Source: Tubulanus polymorphus | Taxonomy: Eukaryota > Animalia > Nemertea | Reading direction: 5' to 3' | Assembly: GCF_964204645.1 (NCBI RefSeq) | Contig: NC_134026.1 | Coordinates: 10,253,950-10,317,949, forward strand | Length of the DNA: 64,000 bases | Shown: piece by piece, positions 1-11,935 of the stretch | Numbering within the stretch: the first letter of the stretch is position 1 | Layout of the letters: each line of letters begins with the position of its first letter | Notes under the pieces: generated by a model | The model's database searches: none | Seen by the model: only the letters and a program-made list of their open reading frames with translations | Told to the model about the DNA's origin: nothing | Translations under genes and position numbers: made by a program

Positions 1-301
1 TACCTGATCGATTCTAACATTTGTAATAATGTTATATCAGTAATAAATATCTTCTAGTCATATTTTACATATTTTGTCGAATATTTTTGTAGAAAAATAG
101 CTTTTAACTTTTCCGAGATGAGATTCAAGCATTAAAATGGTAAATAAATTAACAAAATGCTATATTTCATGTCATTTCGGTTCATCTGGTAAATTGTGTC
201 ATCTCCGTAATTAGGAGGATCCCAATATAGGCAATATCATGCCACACGATCATTAATCATTAATAATACACCAACCGCAACCCTAGTCTGTCAACACAAA
301 C

Positions 302-467
302 CTTCAGGATCAGTGAGAACTTCCATTCTCCCACTGAACATTGCTCGTAACATCGTATCTTGTTTTGTAAGTGTGCCGATCGTCGTATAAAACAGGGAAC
401 CGCCGACATTAAGTTTGACATATTTGGAATCGTTTCCACGGATAACAAGGCGTTGTTCCCCAGACAT
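302..467 (-). CDS. KCTD10: BTB/POZ CUL3 adaptor of the BACURD family (KCTD10/KCTD13/TNFAIP1), first coding exon; gene continues off the left edge
   Basis: Manual translation from ATG at 467: [55 protein letters not shown](G), ending at donor GAAG|GTTTGT (intron starts 301). This closely matches the KYVKLNVGG...[21 protein letters not shown] signature of KCTD10/TNFAIP1. Not in the supplied ORF track. Confidence 0.93.
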
Positions 468-734
468 CGTGCAGGATTCTACTCGTCTTGGTACCCTTGT
501 CTTCTTACAATTTCAAGTCCCTCCACCGTCCACCTTACGATTAACTACTCGGTTGACTAATCTACGCGTTAAATACGCTTTAAAAATAGAATTTGATGAC
601 TAAAAAACGAAGAAATTATCTCATTTGCATTTCCGGGTGCGTTCTTAGACTGGTCGCCTGTTCAATTCTGCGCCAAGGTAAACACCGGTAACCAGTCAAG
701 GTAAATAATAGACTGGTTACCGGTCTTATTCCAT

Positions 735-1088
735 CATCCTCGCTTGCCAGGGGTCAGGTATCACTCCCGAACTCGCATCCACCCCCGTCAAGGGATTCGA
801 ACCCATTACGCTAAAGCTGTTCCCCGAACCCCTTGACCTCACGAGTCGTTGGAGTCGTTACTAGCCGACCAGAATCCGGTCGTACCAATCACAGCGCTTG
901 TAACGAACCGTCAGTAGACTTTTGTTGGTTTTCCCGTTAAATTAACCAATCAGCGAACGTTTTACCGAACAAGGAAGTATTTCGCAAATCGATATATGAC
1001 GTCACGCGCAACAGCGCCAGTAATGAAATCACGCTTCGTGAGGCCAGGGGGCTCGGGAGTGATACCGGACCCCTGGCATGCGAGGATG
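735..1088. mobile_element. MITE with 36-bp terminal inverted repeats
   Basis: 735-770 and 1053-1088 are reverse complements at 34/36 positions; a third partial copy of the terminus lies at 1108-1129. Confidence 0.7.
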
Positions 1089-1130
1089 GCTTCCACCCAG
1101 CCCCCTGATCCTCGCTTGCCAGGGGTCCGC

Positions 1131-1400
1131 ACTATAGTATTTCGTTTCTGCGCGTTAAAATTCGTTTTTGCGGGGAAGCGACAACGAAAGTATGGTTTTG
1201 TTAGGGCTCAAAAACGGATTCTATGGCGCAAAAACGAAAAATCATAGAACAAAAACGAATATTTTCAAAACAAAAAGTTCGTTTTGAGCGGTAGCAAAAA
1301 CGAAGTTTTCGTTTTTACTCTATACGTAGGTTTCGTTTTGTGTTTTTCGATAATCGAGGTCGTGTAAAAATTAATGCATTAGGCCCTTATCGACCACCAT
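1131..1400. mobile_element. Right half of a TATGGTGGCTGATAAGGGCCAT-family non-autonomous DNA transposon
   Basis: Ends in ggcccttatcgaccaccata, a variant of the terminus at 55271-55292; internal ttcgtttt/aaaacgaa repeats. Confidence 0.55.
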
Positions 1401-1414
1401 AGTTAACACACTGA

Positions 1415-2430
1415 TACATGGGTCATTCTACGCGAGTAGCTGCTTTTCTAAGCAGATACTGGATAAATAATTTTTCAATAATTTCCGCCAAAAAAATTAA
1501 TGCATGAACGTTTATGGTCAGGACCTTATTAATCTATGTTCAGCAGTGACCAAGGCATGGCAAGATGGCCGCTATGACGTCATGAAACTGTGACGTCACA
1601 GGAAAAATCATCTCCGTCACGTCAAGAATTTGTTGAAAAAATCGACGTAAAACGCATAGTGTGAAAGAGAAACAAATTTTTCAAAATGGCCAATATAGTT
1701 CGTAATTTCTATAAGTAGACTATCGTTGAATTATGATATATTTTTGCATTTATTTACTTTCAAGTTTGTGTAAAAGAATTGTATGCATAAGATAATTTGA
1801 AGGATTTTTATGAGAAATATACAAATATTAAGTTTAGAAAAAATATTTTTGTCGAGAGAACACAGGTTAACTACATTTAAAAGGAATGTGTTATTTATTT
1901 AAACTACTAAAAGGAATGTATTATTTATTTAAACTACTTTATAACTTATTATACAAATTTTTAGTTTTTAGCTCTATTTTCCGTAATGGAGATGAATCTT
2001 TGTGATGGAGATGAATGTGCACCAATGGAATCGTGACGGAGATGATTTCTTTTCCAAATACCATGAGGGTTCAAAAGAGAATGAATGTTTTTAGAATATT
2101 TTACTATTAGGGGATTACTTAAAATAAATTGCGTTAACAGAGCCTATCACATGATTAGATTTGCGAATATTTATTACATATATATTATGATTTAATTCAT
2201 CTCCGTCACGAAACCGGAATGCCAAAATGTGACGAAGATGAACGTGACGGAGATGAATGACTAATTAGATGAGCACGAGGGGTTACATCTTTCATTGATT
2301 TTTTTAGCAAATTGTTTGAAGGTTGATGTTAAGCGCGGAAATGCTAATGTCCTCAATCAATTAATGTATTTTTCTTTGATACGATGTATAGTATTCCTAC
2401 TCTACAGACCGTCTGGAGATGAATGAGAAT
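1415..2430. mobile_element. Degenerate DNA-transposon relic with repeated catctccgtcac/gtgacggagatg motifs
   Basis: Motif recurs in both orientations near 1608, 1985, 2002, 2033, 2198, 2229, 2244 and 2414; ends not resolved. Confidence 0.45.
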
Positions 2431-2550
2431 AAACATACGCACTCATCACTTGAGACGAGGATAGACAATATATCCGTGTAAGATGATAACGAGAGAAATC
2501 CGACAATATATTCAGCCAAAACGAGAAACTTGAATAGTTATACATATTTG

Positions 2551-2590
2551 CGCAACGTTCCGGCTAAACACTATTAGCCATCATCAGGCG
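2551..2590 (-). ncRNA. Degenerate minimal type I hammerhead ribozyme (Penelope-like element relic)
   Basis: Reads CGC-CUGAUGA-U-GGCUAA-uagugu-UUAGCC-GGAAC-GUU-GCG. Core, stem II and stem I are present; GAAA is mutated to GGAA. Confidence 0.6.
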
Positions 2591-4104
2591 TCTGAGAACA
2601 GGTGAACATTACAAGATATTTATACAAGACCAAATCAATAGAAACAGAGTGAGTGATTAAAATGTCGAAAGTGGAATGGATTTAAGTAATGACATAACAG
2701 CTGGAAAACAATAGTAAAGTAAGCAAAGGCATATTAGGGGCAATGTAGATAAGAATAATTTAGAAACAAAAGACACAAACTAAAGTGATTAAAACGTGTT
2801 AAAACGTGAGGACAAGCTAAGGGGTAATCAGAGGAAGACAAAGAGGAGGAACAGTTAAGTTAAGTTAAGTTTCAGTTTATTGCTCCACAATTAGCTTATT
2901 GCACAGAACAGAACATTCAATAAATATATTCATAGAAATAAACAAGAAAATTAATTTTAGAAAATTATTTGACGCCTGGGGAAAAAATGTAGAATTTCTG
3001 GGCTTAGCTAATGTGGAATTGCAAATTTGAAATCGAAGTTTTAAGAAATTTGGGGAATGATGAGATTTGGCGATTGGGTAGATGATACAGGTCTTCGACT
3101 CTAGTAGTGGTTTAAATTTTTTTATTGAAAATTCTCAATAATAGATCGCGAACATGCGACCGACTTCATTTACTTATGCCTCTAAGCTGGTTTGCAACTT
3201 CATTGCCTCCATGGATGAAGAAAGAGCTCTTCTGATGTCTGCTTCATCATGACTTCGAGCATATCGTGTGGCCTAGCCAGCCGGCCCGGGCCACGGGTTT
3301 GGCTGTCACTCGATATCCTAGAGTCTTGAGTCTGGGTGGGTTGAAGTAGACATTGTCATTTAAAATAACATGCTTATGTTGTTCTGTATGAATTACCCAT
3401 GTGTCATGTATGTTGTATTAATTTATTACAAAATTTGTATTTATTGAATTTGGGAATTTTATCCCGGAATTTCAATGTAATAAGGATCAATAAAGAATTG
3501 AATTGAATTGTCACCTAATACACATGCCATCAGAGGACACGGAGCCGTATATGATAGCTATGCTATTATAAAATGCTAATCTCACGAAACTTGCATACTC
3601 CTAATATCAAACATATTTTCTAAAACGTTTGAATATTGAAATTATATGTTTACACATTTTCATATTGACCGCTTGTAGCCGCTGATGAAATTCACGCTTG
3701 CCCTACACACATCGTAGATAGCTTCGTCATTCCACCGGCATGCCCACGTCAGGGTCTGACTTTTATATCAGACTTCCGCATCGTGTATACATCCGCCATT
3801 TAACCGAATAATCCGATTAACTTATCATTTCTATTTATGCCTGCCGCTTCTGATATAATCATACATCCTTTACTATTACAATACGTCTTCTAATGATATT
3901 CAATGCAATATAACATTTCGACGTTCAAATATAGGTCATTATATAATCACAGGAAGCCATTCTACATCTATGTCAATAATATTTTGCCAGATAGCGTGTT
4001 TGTGTACACATAAACCTGTGACGTTTTGCACATCGATTTACGGCTGTCGTTTGTAAAATGACGCTGAATGGTTAGCATTGTTTAGGTTTCATAATGGTAA
4101 CGTT

Positions 4105-5157
4105 TTATAAGGCGTCAAAAAAGAAAAAAGAAACAGAAAAGGAAAAGGAAAAGAAAAACACACACAAAAGAAAAAACACAATACACGCGCGTACACATGA
4201 TAACATATAGTAACATAATAACATATATACGGCGAACTTGACAGATGTTTGTAGTATTAGACAGAGAGAGACGACCAGAGACAAGAAAATCAGTACGACA
4301 ATCAGTTTGATCTTACAAAATGCCTCACAATTTATTAATACACAGATATTTACATGCAGTGAATATGACGGTCTCAGACCGTGAATAACAAATAGTATTG
4401 AATTCGGAAACAGTTCACTGGACAGCTCAGTCACATTCGTAATAACAACAGAGTTGAGTCACTCCATAGCTAGGACCGAGTCCCGACAATGTTAACAAAA
4501 TAACTGCAAACCTTTTTTTAATATATAACGCCAGATTTAGAAGGTGTGACCCAGATAAATTTAAAGGATTTTGGAGTTGACCTTCATGTGGGGAACGCCA
4601 GAAAGATCTAGGGATGAATTTGGCTCTTAAATTTTGTAAAAATGGGCACACTAAATGAAAATGATATTCGTCACCAACCACTCCCATATTACACTTAGTG
4701 CATATTCTTTCATTCCATTCAATGTGGTGATATCTACCCATCTCTACGGGTAACGTGGTTGGAGCATCTGAAACGGCACATTCCTGTACGAAGGTTTAAA
4801 TGGGTTGGAAGTTATGCTCTTTTAAACCGGCAAGATCTTTGACTTTTTTTGTAGGAAACAGCAATTCATCGATTTTTTGCGTGCCAGTCTTGAATGTACT
4901 GGTCAGTTAGTCTTTGTTGCAGTAGGGCAGTTAAGTGGTTGATGTTAGGGACTGGCTGGTTTTGCCAGAAGTAACCGAGGCCGTTTCTTTCAAGGATGCT
5001 CTTAACATGATTGATCCACTTATTAGATTTGCCATTGATGTGCATGTAATGACCATGTTCACATATTGACGATGATGTTTGCCTCATTGACTAATTTGGC
5101 CCAAAATTTGAAAAACCATTCTGATTTTGACAAAAAAATATCTAAGGGTTGGCGCCC
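4105..5157 (-). mobile_element. 5'-truncated, frameshifted LINE (non-LTR) ORF2 3' end
   Basis: C-terminal GRY...ERICTKC...GDEYHF..VCP Cys/His motif (4427-4741) and upstream WINHVKSIL...G..W..Q fragment (4866-5087), typical of invertebrate LINE ORF2 tails. Confidence 0.8.
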
Positions 5158-5265
5158 CTATGGTGGCTGATAAGGGCCATGAAAATATTTCATGATGAAA
5201 AAATCATTTCGTCATGAAAAATAAATTACTATCGAAAAATATTCGCTTTTTTGCTTACGAATATA

Positions 5266-8200
5266 TACGGAAGCCCCTAGGTGACATACGAGAAAACTTT
5301 TTCACAATTTCGACTTATTAAGTCGAATTTCGACATAATAAGTCGAATTTCGTGTTAATTAAGTCGAATTTCGAGTTAATTAAGTCGAATTTCGAGTTTT
5401 ATTTTCATGTCGAATTTCGACTTATTAAGTCGAAATTCGACTTAATTAACACGAAATTCGACTTAATTAACTCGAAATTCGACTTAATCAACACGAAATT
5501 CGACTTATTATGTCGAAATTCGACTTAAGTCGACTTAAGTCGAATTTCGAGATGGAGGACGTCTCTTTGGTAAACGCGTATATGTGGATACTACGAAGTG
5601 TCTTCTTAACCGATTCTGACTAGCTGACGAAGTCAGAAAAAAATGACGTCACTTGACGTCCGGTTTGAAGTTCATGGGGAAATCGGAAGTAGAATTACGT
5701 CACGCTAAAATCCGGCAGCGAAATAACTAAAATAAGGCAATTTATGGATCGGGTTATTTCAGAATTTATTTATTTCATGAAATTTCGAACAAGATTGGGT
5801 CGATGAATAGTTTAACAATGAACCGCGTTGATCGAACGAGTTCGAAAATAGCTGAAATTCCCTTAGCAACGGGGAGCGAATTCATAATAAACAAACCACG
5901 CGCCGGGGCCCGGTCCAGCCATCGCAGGTTCGAATCCCGGAGAATTACGCTCTCGCGCGCGCGTGCGACAGTCAACCCCAGCCGCAGCGCTGAAATATGT
6001 GATCATTTATCAAGTTTAATGACCCTAAAACTGCGATGAGTCGCGTTGTCGTACGATTTGCTTAAAATTTCAAGGCGGCCACGGTCTCGCTCCGCGGAGC
6101 AGCGACATCGCGGTCGGCAAAAACATTAGTCTCCGCCCCTTCTTTCACCAAATAAGGAATTCGGTACCGCTGGCCGCGTGCACTATTAATTTTGAGCCGT
6201 AGATTCCCGGTACTCGACATTCCCCCGAGAATTAGAAACAAATAAATATTTTTTGCGAGAGAAATCAATTTTTGTATTGACATTTAAATTTTACTGCTGA
6301 TAATTTATTCGATTTTTTTTTCTGGCAGAAAAAAATTATGCGATCGAAACGTTTCAACGTGTCTTTCATTTTTTCTCGTCTTCCTTTACTTTTCAAATGG
6401 AGCTCATTTCTAAATTAACACCAGGTCAAATTCTTCAATCTTGCAAACCGTCTCAGTTTCACCATAATGTCGGTTTTTACATTTCGGGTTTATGGTTTAT
6501 AAACCATTGAAAAATTCCTGATACAAATCGAAATAGTAATCTTTTTAGCAGTGGTAAACCGACCTGTCCCGGGTAGCCAAACACCAGTTTATATTTAGGT
6601 AAGAAATGGGTCAAGTTATTTTCATAGAAAATTGAATTTCATTTGATCTACAGATGAAATGAACAGGTTCGTCATAATTTTCCTAATCAAAATATAAGCC
6701 AAAATTTTTAATAACCAGAAATTAATCGAACCTTAAAGTTGAAGTTTCATCTTCTTTCCCCCACCACTTAACTACATGGCATCAGTTTTCATTTTTCCAA
6801 GCTTAACAATAAGAATTGATTTAATTTCTTCAATAATTTAATGCTCGGGGCCCAAATCTACAGAACAATTTCAACATCGAAATAAAATTGATAGACTTTA
6901 AGAGTTAGTAAGAGTTTCTTTCCAGTTTCATTGACAACAATTAATTTTCTCGGTGTTCCTTTAGTCACTGACACTATTTTGAGTGTTTTTGTTACACTCC
7001 ATGAACGAGGTTGTTTTCGAATCGTTATGATTTCTTAATCTTAGTCGTGAAAATTAAATCAAGCTGCGGTGACGAAGCGTCCGTCACTTAGATTTCATCT
7101 ATTACATATTAAGCGCACAGCGAGCGCCGAAGGCGCGAGCTGGAAGCTCCTTAAGTTAATCGCGCGTGTGAGGCAAATTCAAATTTTCTATATTTCTCCA
7201 TACCGTCCTTCTCAAAAAGTGTAGTTTACATCCGGGACACATGGGCATTGGCTAAATCGCGGCAACGAAAATGACGGTCACGGACGGACTTTCGTCGAAA
7301 CTTGCGGGCCGCGTCGCGCGGGTAGTTAAAATACGTGAATGAAGGATAACAAAATGATTTTGTGTAATTTTCAGAATATTTACAAAGAATATCCTCAAAA
7401 TATTGTCAAAAAATGTTATTCTTAGTTCGTATTTCTCCGTAGAAACCGATTGGAAGACTGGATTCGAATCCCACAAAAAGCACAGTCCCTTAGCAACGGG
7501 TCGAATGTTTTAGAATAACAAGCGCGCCGGTTTCACAGCATCACTAAGGGTCGAGTCCCGGAGAATAACGCGCGCGCGCGGTCTGCGTGTTACAAAATGA
7601 CCGTCCCGCTCCACACAAGTACTGAATAATTAACTCAAAATTTTGCCAATCCCTGGGAGTAAAATGCCGCGTTTTTTAACATATCTTATCTTTATGTATC
7701 TTTTACTCCCGTTTTTCAAACGTTATTCCCCTTTTCCGTTTCGAGTAAAAATCCGTATTTAAAATACCGTTGTTCCATTAATTCCGTACCCATGCAACCC
7801 GTTGTAATACTAAGGAAGAAATATTTAGCGTAAATAAAACATATAAAACTATTGAAGTCATGAGATTTAATCTAGAAATCTGACGTTTTTTAACTACAGA
7901 AAAATTTATTCTTGTGTAATCGATAAAACAATAGGCTCTCAATATGTAATCGACATTCCCAAACTCCCGGTTCTTTTTGCAGAAAATATTTTTTTTTTAA
8001 ATTCAATCACGGGTCCCTTAATTCCCTCGAAGGTCTATCATATTTTGGGTGATTTTCTTTGGTCACGCCACCGGGTGCCTTCCTTCAGCAAAACCTACGT
8101 TTTTACAATGTAGAACTTGGGAACAAATTTCTTGTGTAAAACATAAACTGTCAAAGCCGTTCGTAGAACATATCTGACGATACAGAAAGATTTATTGTCG

Positions 8201-8710
8201 TATGAAAGATAAAACAAACAAGGCTTTCAATTTGTAATCAATCTTCCCAAAGCATGTTTTTTTCGAAAAAAATGAATTCCTTTTCTATACATCTATTTGA
8301 TCACGGCGAATCTTCGCTCGAATAGATCTTTGACATTTTGGGGGATTTTCTTTGGACACGGACCACACCGAACACAGGTGCCCCGCAAAACCTCCTATGT
8401 TTTTCTACAAGGTAGAATTCTATGAAGTTGCCGAAAGGACACTCGCCTCTTTTTATTCATTAAAACTTAAGACTGGCTGTGCGCTTAACCAAGTTTCGAC
8501 TTTGACATATTAAGTCGAATTTCGTGTTAATTAAGTCGAATTTCGAGTTTTATTTTCATGTCGAATTTCGACTTATTAAGTCGAAATTCGACTTAATTAA
8601 CACGAAATTCGACTTATTATCTCGAAATTCGACTTATTATGTCGAAATTCGACTTAATAGGTCGAAATTATGAAAAAAATTATCTCATATGTCACCTAGG
8701 GGCTTCCGTA
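5266..8710. mobile_element. Non-autonomous DNA transposon with TIR (TA)CGGAAGCCCCTAGGTGACAT, carrying nested insertions
   Basis: tacggaagcccctaggtgacata at 5266 is the reverse complement of tatgtcacctaggggcttccgta ending at 8710. Both ends carry subterminal arrays of aagtcgaatttcg/cgaaattcgactt (5305-5550, 8495-8670). TA flanks suggest a TA TSD. Confidence 0.85.
7113..8484. mobile_element. TTAA-specific non-autonomous DNA transposon nested in the 5266-8710 element
   Basis: TTAA|GCGCACAGC at 7109-7121 and GCTGTGCGC|TTAA at 8476-8488; subterminal gcgccgaaggcgc hairpin. Confidence 0.7.
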
Positions 8711-8800
8711 TCTTTGCTCTGCCGAGTCAACGGTCGTTTTTGACACCGAGTCCAAATGCGTGATGTGCGTGCGCCCATTCCTAAACGAAGTATAAACAAC

Positions 8801-11800
8801 ATGGCCGACGAAGCTTTATCGCGAGCTGGTTTACATTTCGATGAACTAAATAAAATACGTGTTCTCGAACCCGATTCTGCTCAACAGACATCCGAACTTA
8901 AAGAAGAATGTAAAGATTTTGTTGAAAGTAAGAAAAAATGGCCGTAAAGCTATTTGAATACGTTTAAATTGTCACCCAAATTGTTGATCATCTTCCAATT
9001 CAAATCAATAATTTATTGTTTGTTTCTAAGAAATATCAGATTTCCAGAAGATCGTTGGAACGTTTATTGAAACTGTGGACAATGTAGCTAAAGAAGTGGA
9101 AAAAGAAAAAATGAAGGCAAGTGGCTTTCTTTAGGTCTGGTTTCTCCTTTTTACAAAAAAGTGTCTATTTTATCGACTACTACTAATAGTAATACTCCTG
9201 CGCCGCCGTACTGCGACTTTTGCAAGTACCAGGCAAGGGGGGTCCGGGCAAGGGATCTCGTTCTAAGTGCCGGTTTTACACAAAGGAGGCTCTATGAATG
9301 CTTTTCCAATCCCACAAAGGTCTAACTACAGTTTAGGTCACATTGTCATTGAGGTGCTGTGTTGTTAGTGTAGGGCCTGGGCTAGTTAGTTACCTTATCG
9401 TTGGTGGTAAGCTTTTTATAATTGGATGGGCTTATACCAACGTTAGGGATGACAAGGGCTAAAACACGGTTGAAAAAAGTAACACTTCAAAAATATACTT
9501 TCTATTCACATCAGTCCACAATTAATGGCTTAATTCACAGACTAACACAGGTACCTTTCGAAATAATCCAATTTTATGTATGTTTCGAGCGATTAATCAA
9601 CATTATTTTGAGAAATTGGTTAATTTCTCCACAAATTCCGCCACTGGCCGCCATTTCTCTGCATTGCATACATGTGGCATGATAGACAAGGTGACCTACA
9701 AGGATTTATATAAAACTTCCAAGACGAAACAACAATTTTTATTTTTGATGGTTTTCCAACATATATTTCAAATCTTCGTGCTTTCCATGATGAATAATGA
9801 AATGATAAATTCTGGATGAAGAAAAACGTGAATAATTGTTGATTTCTTAATTTTTTCAATTTCGTCATTTCGTTTTGTTAGTTTGTGCTGTTGTCCTGGC
9901 CTCAGTCCACAGGTGAATTTTAGCATACAATGACAAAAACTGCTTAATTTTAATGGGTTAGGGGGTGAGCCATCGTCGTTCCTTCGCCTGTCAACTTTTT
10001 CTTCAAATCGCTACAGTTTTAATCAGATCAATTCCAAATTTGGTATGAATGTTCTATGGACCAATACCTACAAAGTACACAGCCTTTTTTGGATTTGGTC
10101 AAAAGCTGCATACCCTAGGTATGCAGCTTCTATTTCTTCAAATCACACAACAGAGCTATATCAGCCGATAGGCAGGGGCGGATCCAGGGGGATGGGTAGA
10201 CAGTATTGGAAGGAAATTTAAGGGCACCTTTCTGATCTTAGGGCACACCCAGTATCCAGTTCAATGCGAGCGCCGAAGGCGCGAAGTCCTTAGAGGGGGG
10301 TCTGGGGGCCCACCCCCAAAAAATTTTGAAAATATGGTACAATTTAAAGGCTTTTAGAGGGCTTCTAGAGGCTAGCAGAGCAATCCAGAATAAACGAATT
10401 CGAGACAAGATTTCAACAGATGCGGATAAAAAATGAAGCTGGCGAACCCATGAAAGAATGGTTGTCGCCAACTTCGCCTAGTGCCCCTATAATCTTTAAA
10501 AGTGCCCCTTAACAATTATACAGAATACGGCTAAGTGCCCCTTCATTGTTAACAATCGGCAAAAATTGCCTCGTCTTCACATTTATCCTTATGTCGTGTG
10601 CCATCTTCCAAACCAAAAGTGCCCCTAAAATTTTAAAAATTAGGCAAAAAAGTGCCCTTTTCTTCAACATTTTCCGCGTATAGTGCCCTCTTCTAAAGTA
10701 CGAGTGCCCCTTTAGCCCTCCCTGAAAAGGCAAGGACAAGGTGCCCTCATCTAAAGCATGAGTGCCCCTTGCAAAAGGAAAGTGCCCTTTTTAATTTATC
10801 ATGATTAAAGGCTTTACAAATATGATTATCTCTCCTCACTTTCTCGGCAGCAGTATATACCGATTAATTTTATAATTATGCCCGGATTACGGACACGGAA
10901 TTAGCGGTTGCTGAAATAATGCCGTCAAAAATATTGCCGGTGAAATTTCGAAGGGCACTAAAAAATTCTAGACCGTATTGGGCAATACGGCTAATACGGT
11001 CTGGATCCACCCCTGATAGGCTCCTTGTTTACTTTTTGAAGGGCCCACAATGTTCCAGCAGTGGGTCCGGACACCTCCCTTAGATCCACCCATGACTATT
11101 ACAGACACCTAAACTGCAGTTAATCCCAGCTAGATATAAACTTGTACGATGTTCATCCGTGAAACGGAATCACCAATCGTCCATTTCATGTAATTTCTCG
11201 ACTGTTTATTCCAGGCAATAGGATCACGGAATCTCTTGAAATCTATAGCAAAACAGAGGGAAGCACAACAGCAACAATTACAGGCCCTGATAGCGGAAAA
11301 AAAGATGCAACTTGAAAGGTTTGATTTCTTCTAAGGTCCTCCTTTGAAATACTAAAAAAAGCAGCTGGTTTGCAGCTAGACTGGGTATCAAAATAACCTT
11401 GGGGCCAGTTTCATGGTGCATATATTGGTCTAATATGGGTAAATCATGAGAAGAAATCTGCCAATAACTTGGTCGATAAAATGAGATTACTCTGGCATTG
11501 GAACCTCTTAACAACAAACTCCTATGACAATCAATCGGATTAACAATGTCCGCTGATGTATGATGACCTATTAGTCATAATGAACAGCTTTTTTCGTCCT
11601 GTGAAGTTTGTTGTAACAAGGTTCAAAGCTGCAATATTGATTGGAAGATTATTCCAAAGAGAAGAGGAGCATGGTGGCAGAATGCTCTGTTGTCCGCATA
11701 TGATTAATGAATTTTAGTTTGATACTAGAGATATGTGTAGTGTAGGCTTTTTCCCTGTAGAAGATTTAGATTTAAAAGTTAATTCATGCGTCAAATTAAT

Positions 11801-11935
11801 TATTAAGTTTTATTTCATTTCAATTATTTGAATTGCGTTTTATTTCATTTCAGATTGAGATTACAGCACGAGTCATTACAGAAAGAGGAAATCGAACAAA
11901 ATGAATTCATCGAACAGTTCATACTACAAAAGTGA
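8801..11935 (+). CDS. IFT20: Intraflagellar transport protein 20 (IFT-B subunit), 132 aa
   Basis: Exons 8801-8927, 9031-9116, 11215-11318 and 11854-11935 total 399 nt in frame: [25 protein letters not shown]...EKEKMK|[35 protein letters not shown]...[13 protein letters not shown]. Intron 2 is GC-AG. Confidence 0.97.
10173..11015. mobile_element. CAGGGGCGGATCCAG-family MITE with 5-bp TSD (hAT5-like) in IFT20 intron 2
   Basis: 15-bp TIRs (14/15 match); ATAGG on both flanks; many internal agtgccc repeats. Confidence 0.8.

Noticed and set aside
260-603. Three ORF-track entries at 260-603
   Set aside because: They are off-frame or antisense shadows of the BACURD exon at 302-467.
5305-5550. Regular short repeats resembling a CRISPR array (also 8495-8670 and 54880-55200)
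   Set aside because: No unique spacers and no cas genes; they are subterminal repeats inside TIR-bounded elements in a eukaryotic genome.
8756-8800. In-frame upstream ATG extending IFT20 by 15 aa
   Set aside because: ATG 8801 has the better context (aacATGG) and gives the conserved 132-aa length.
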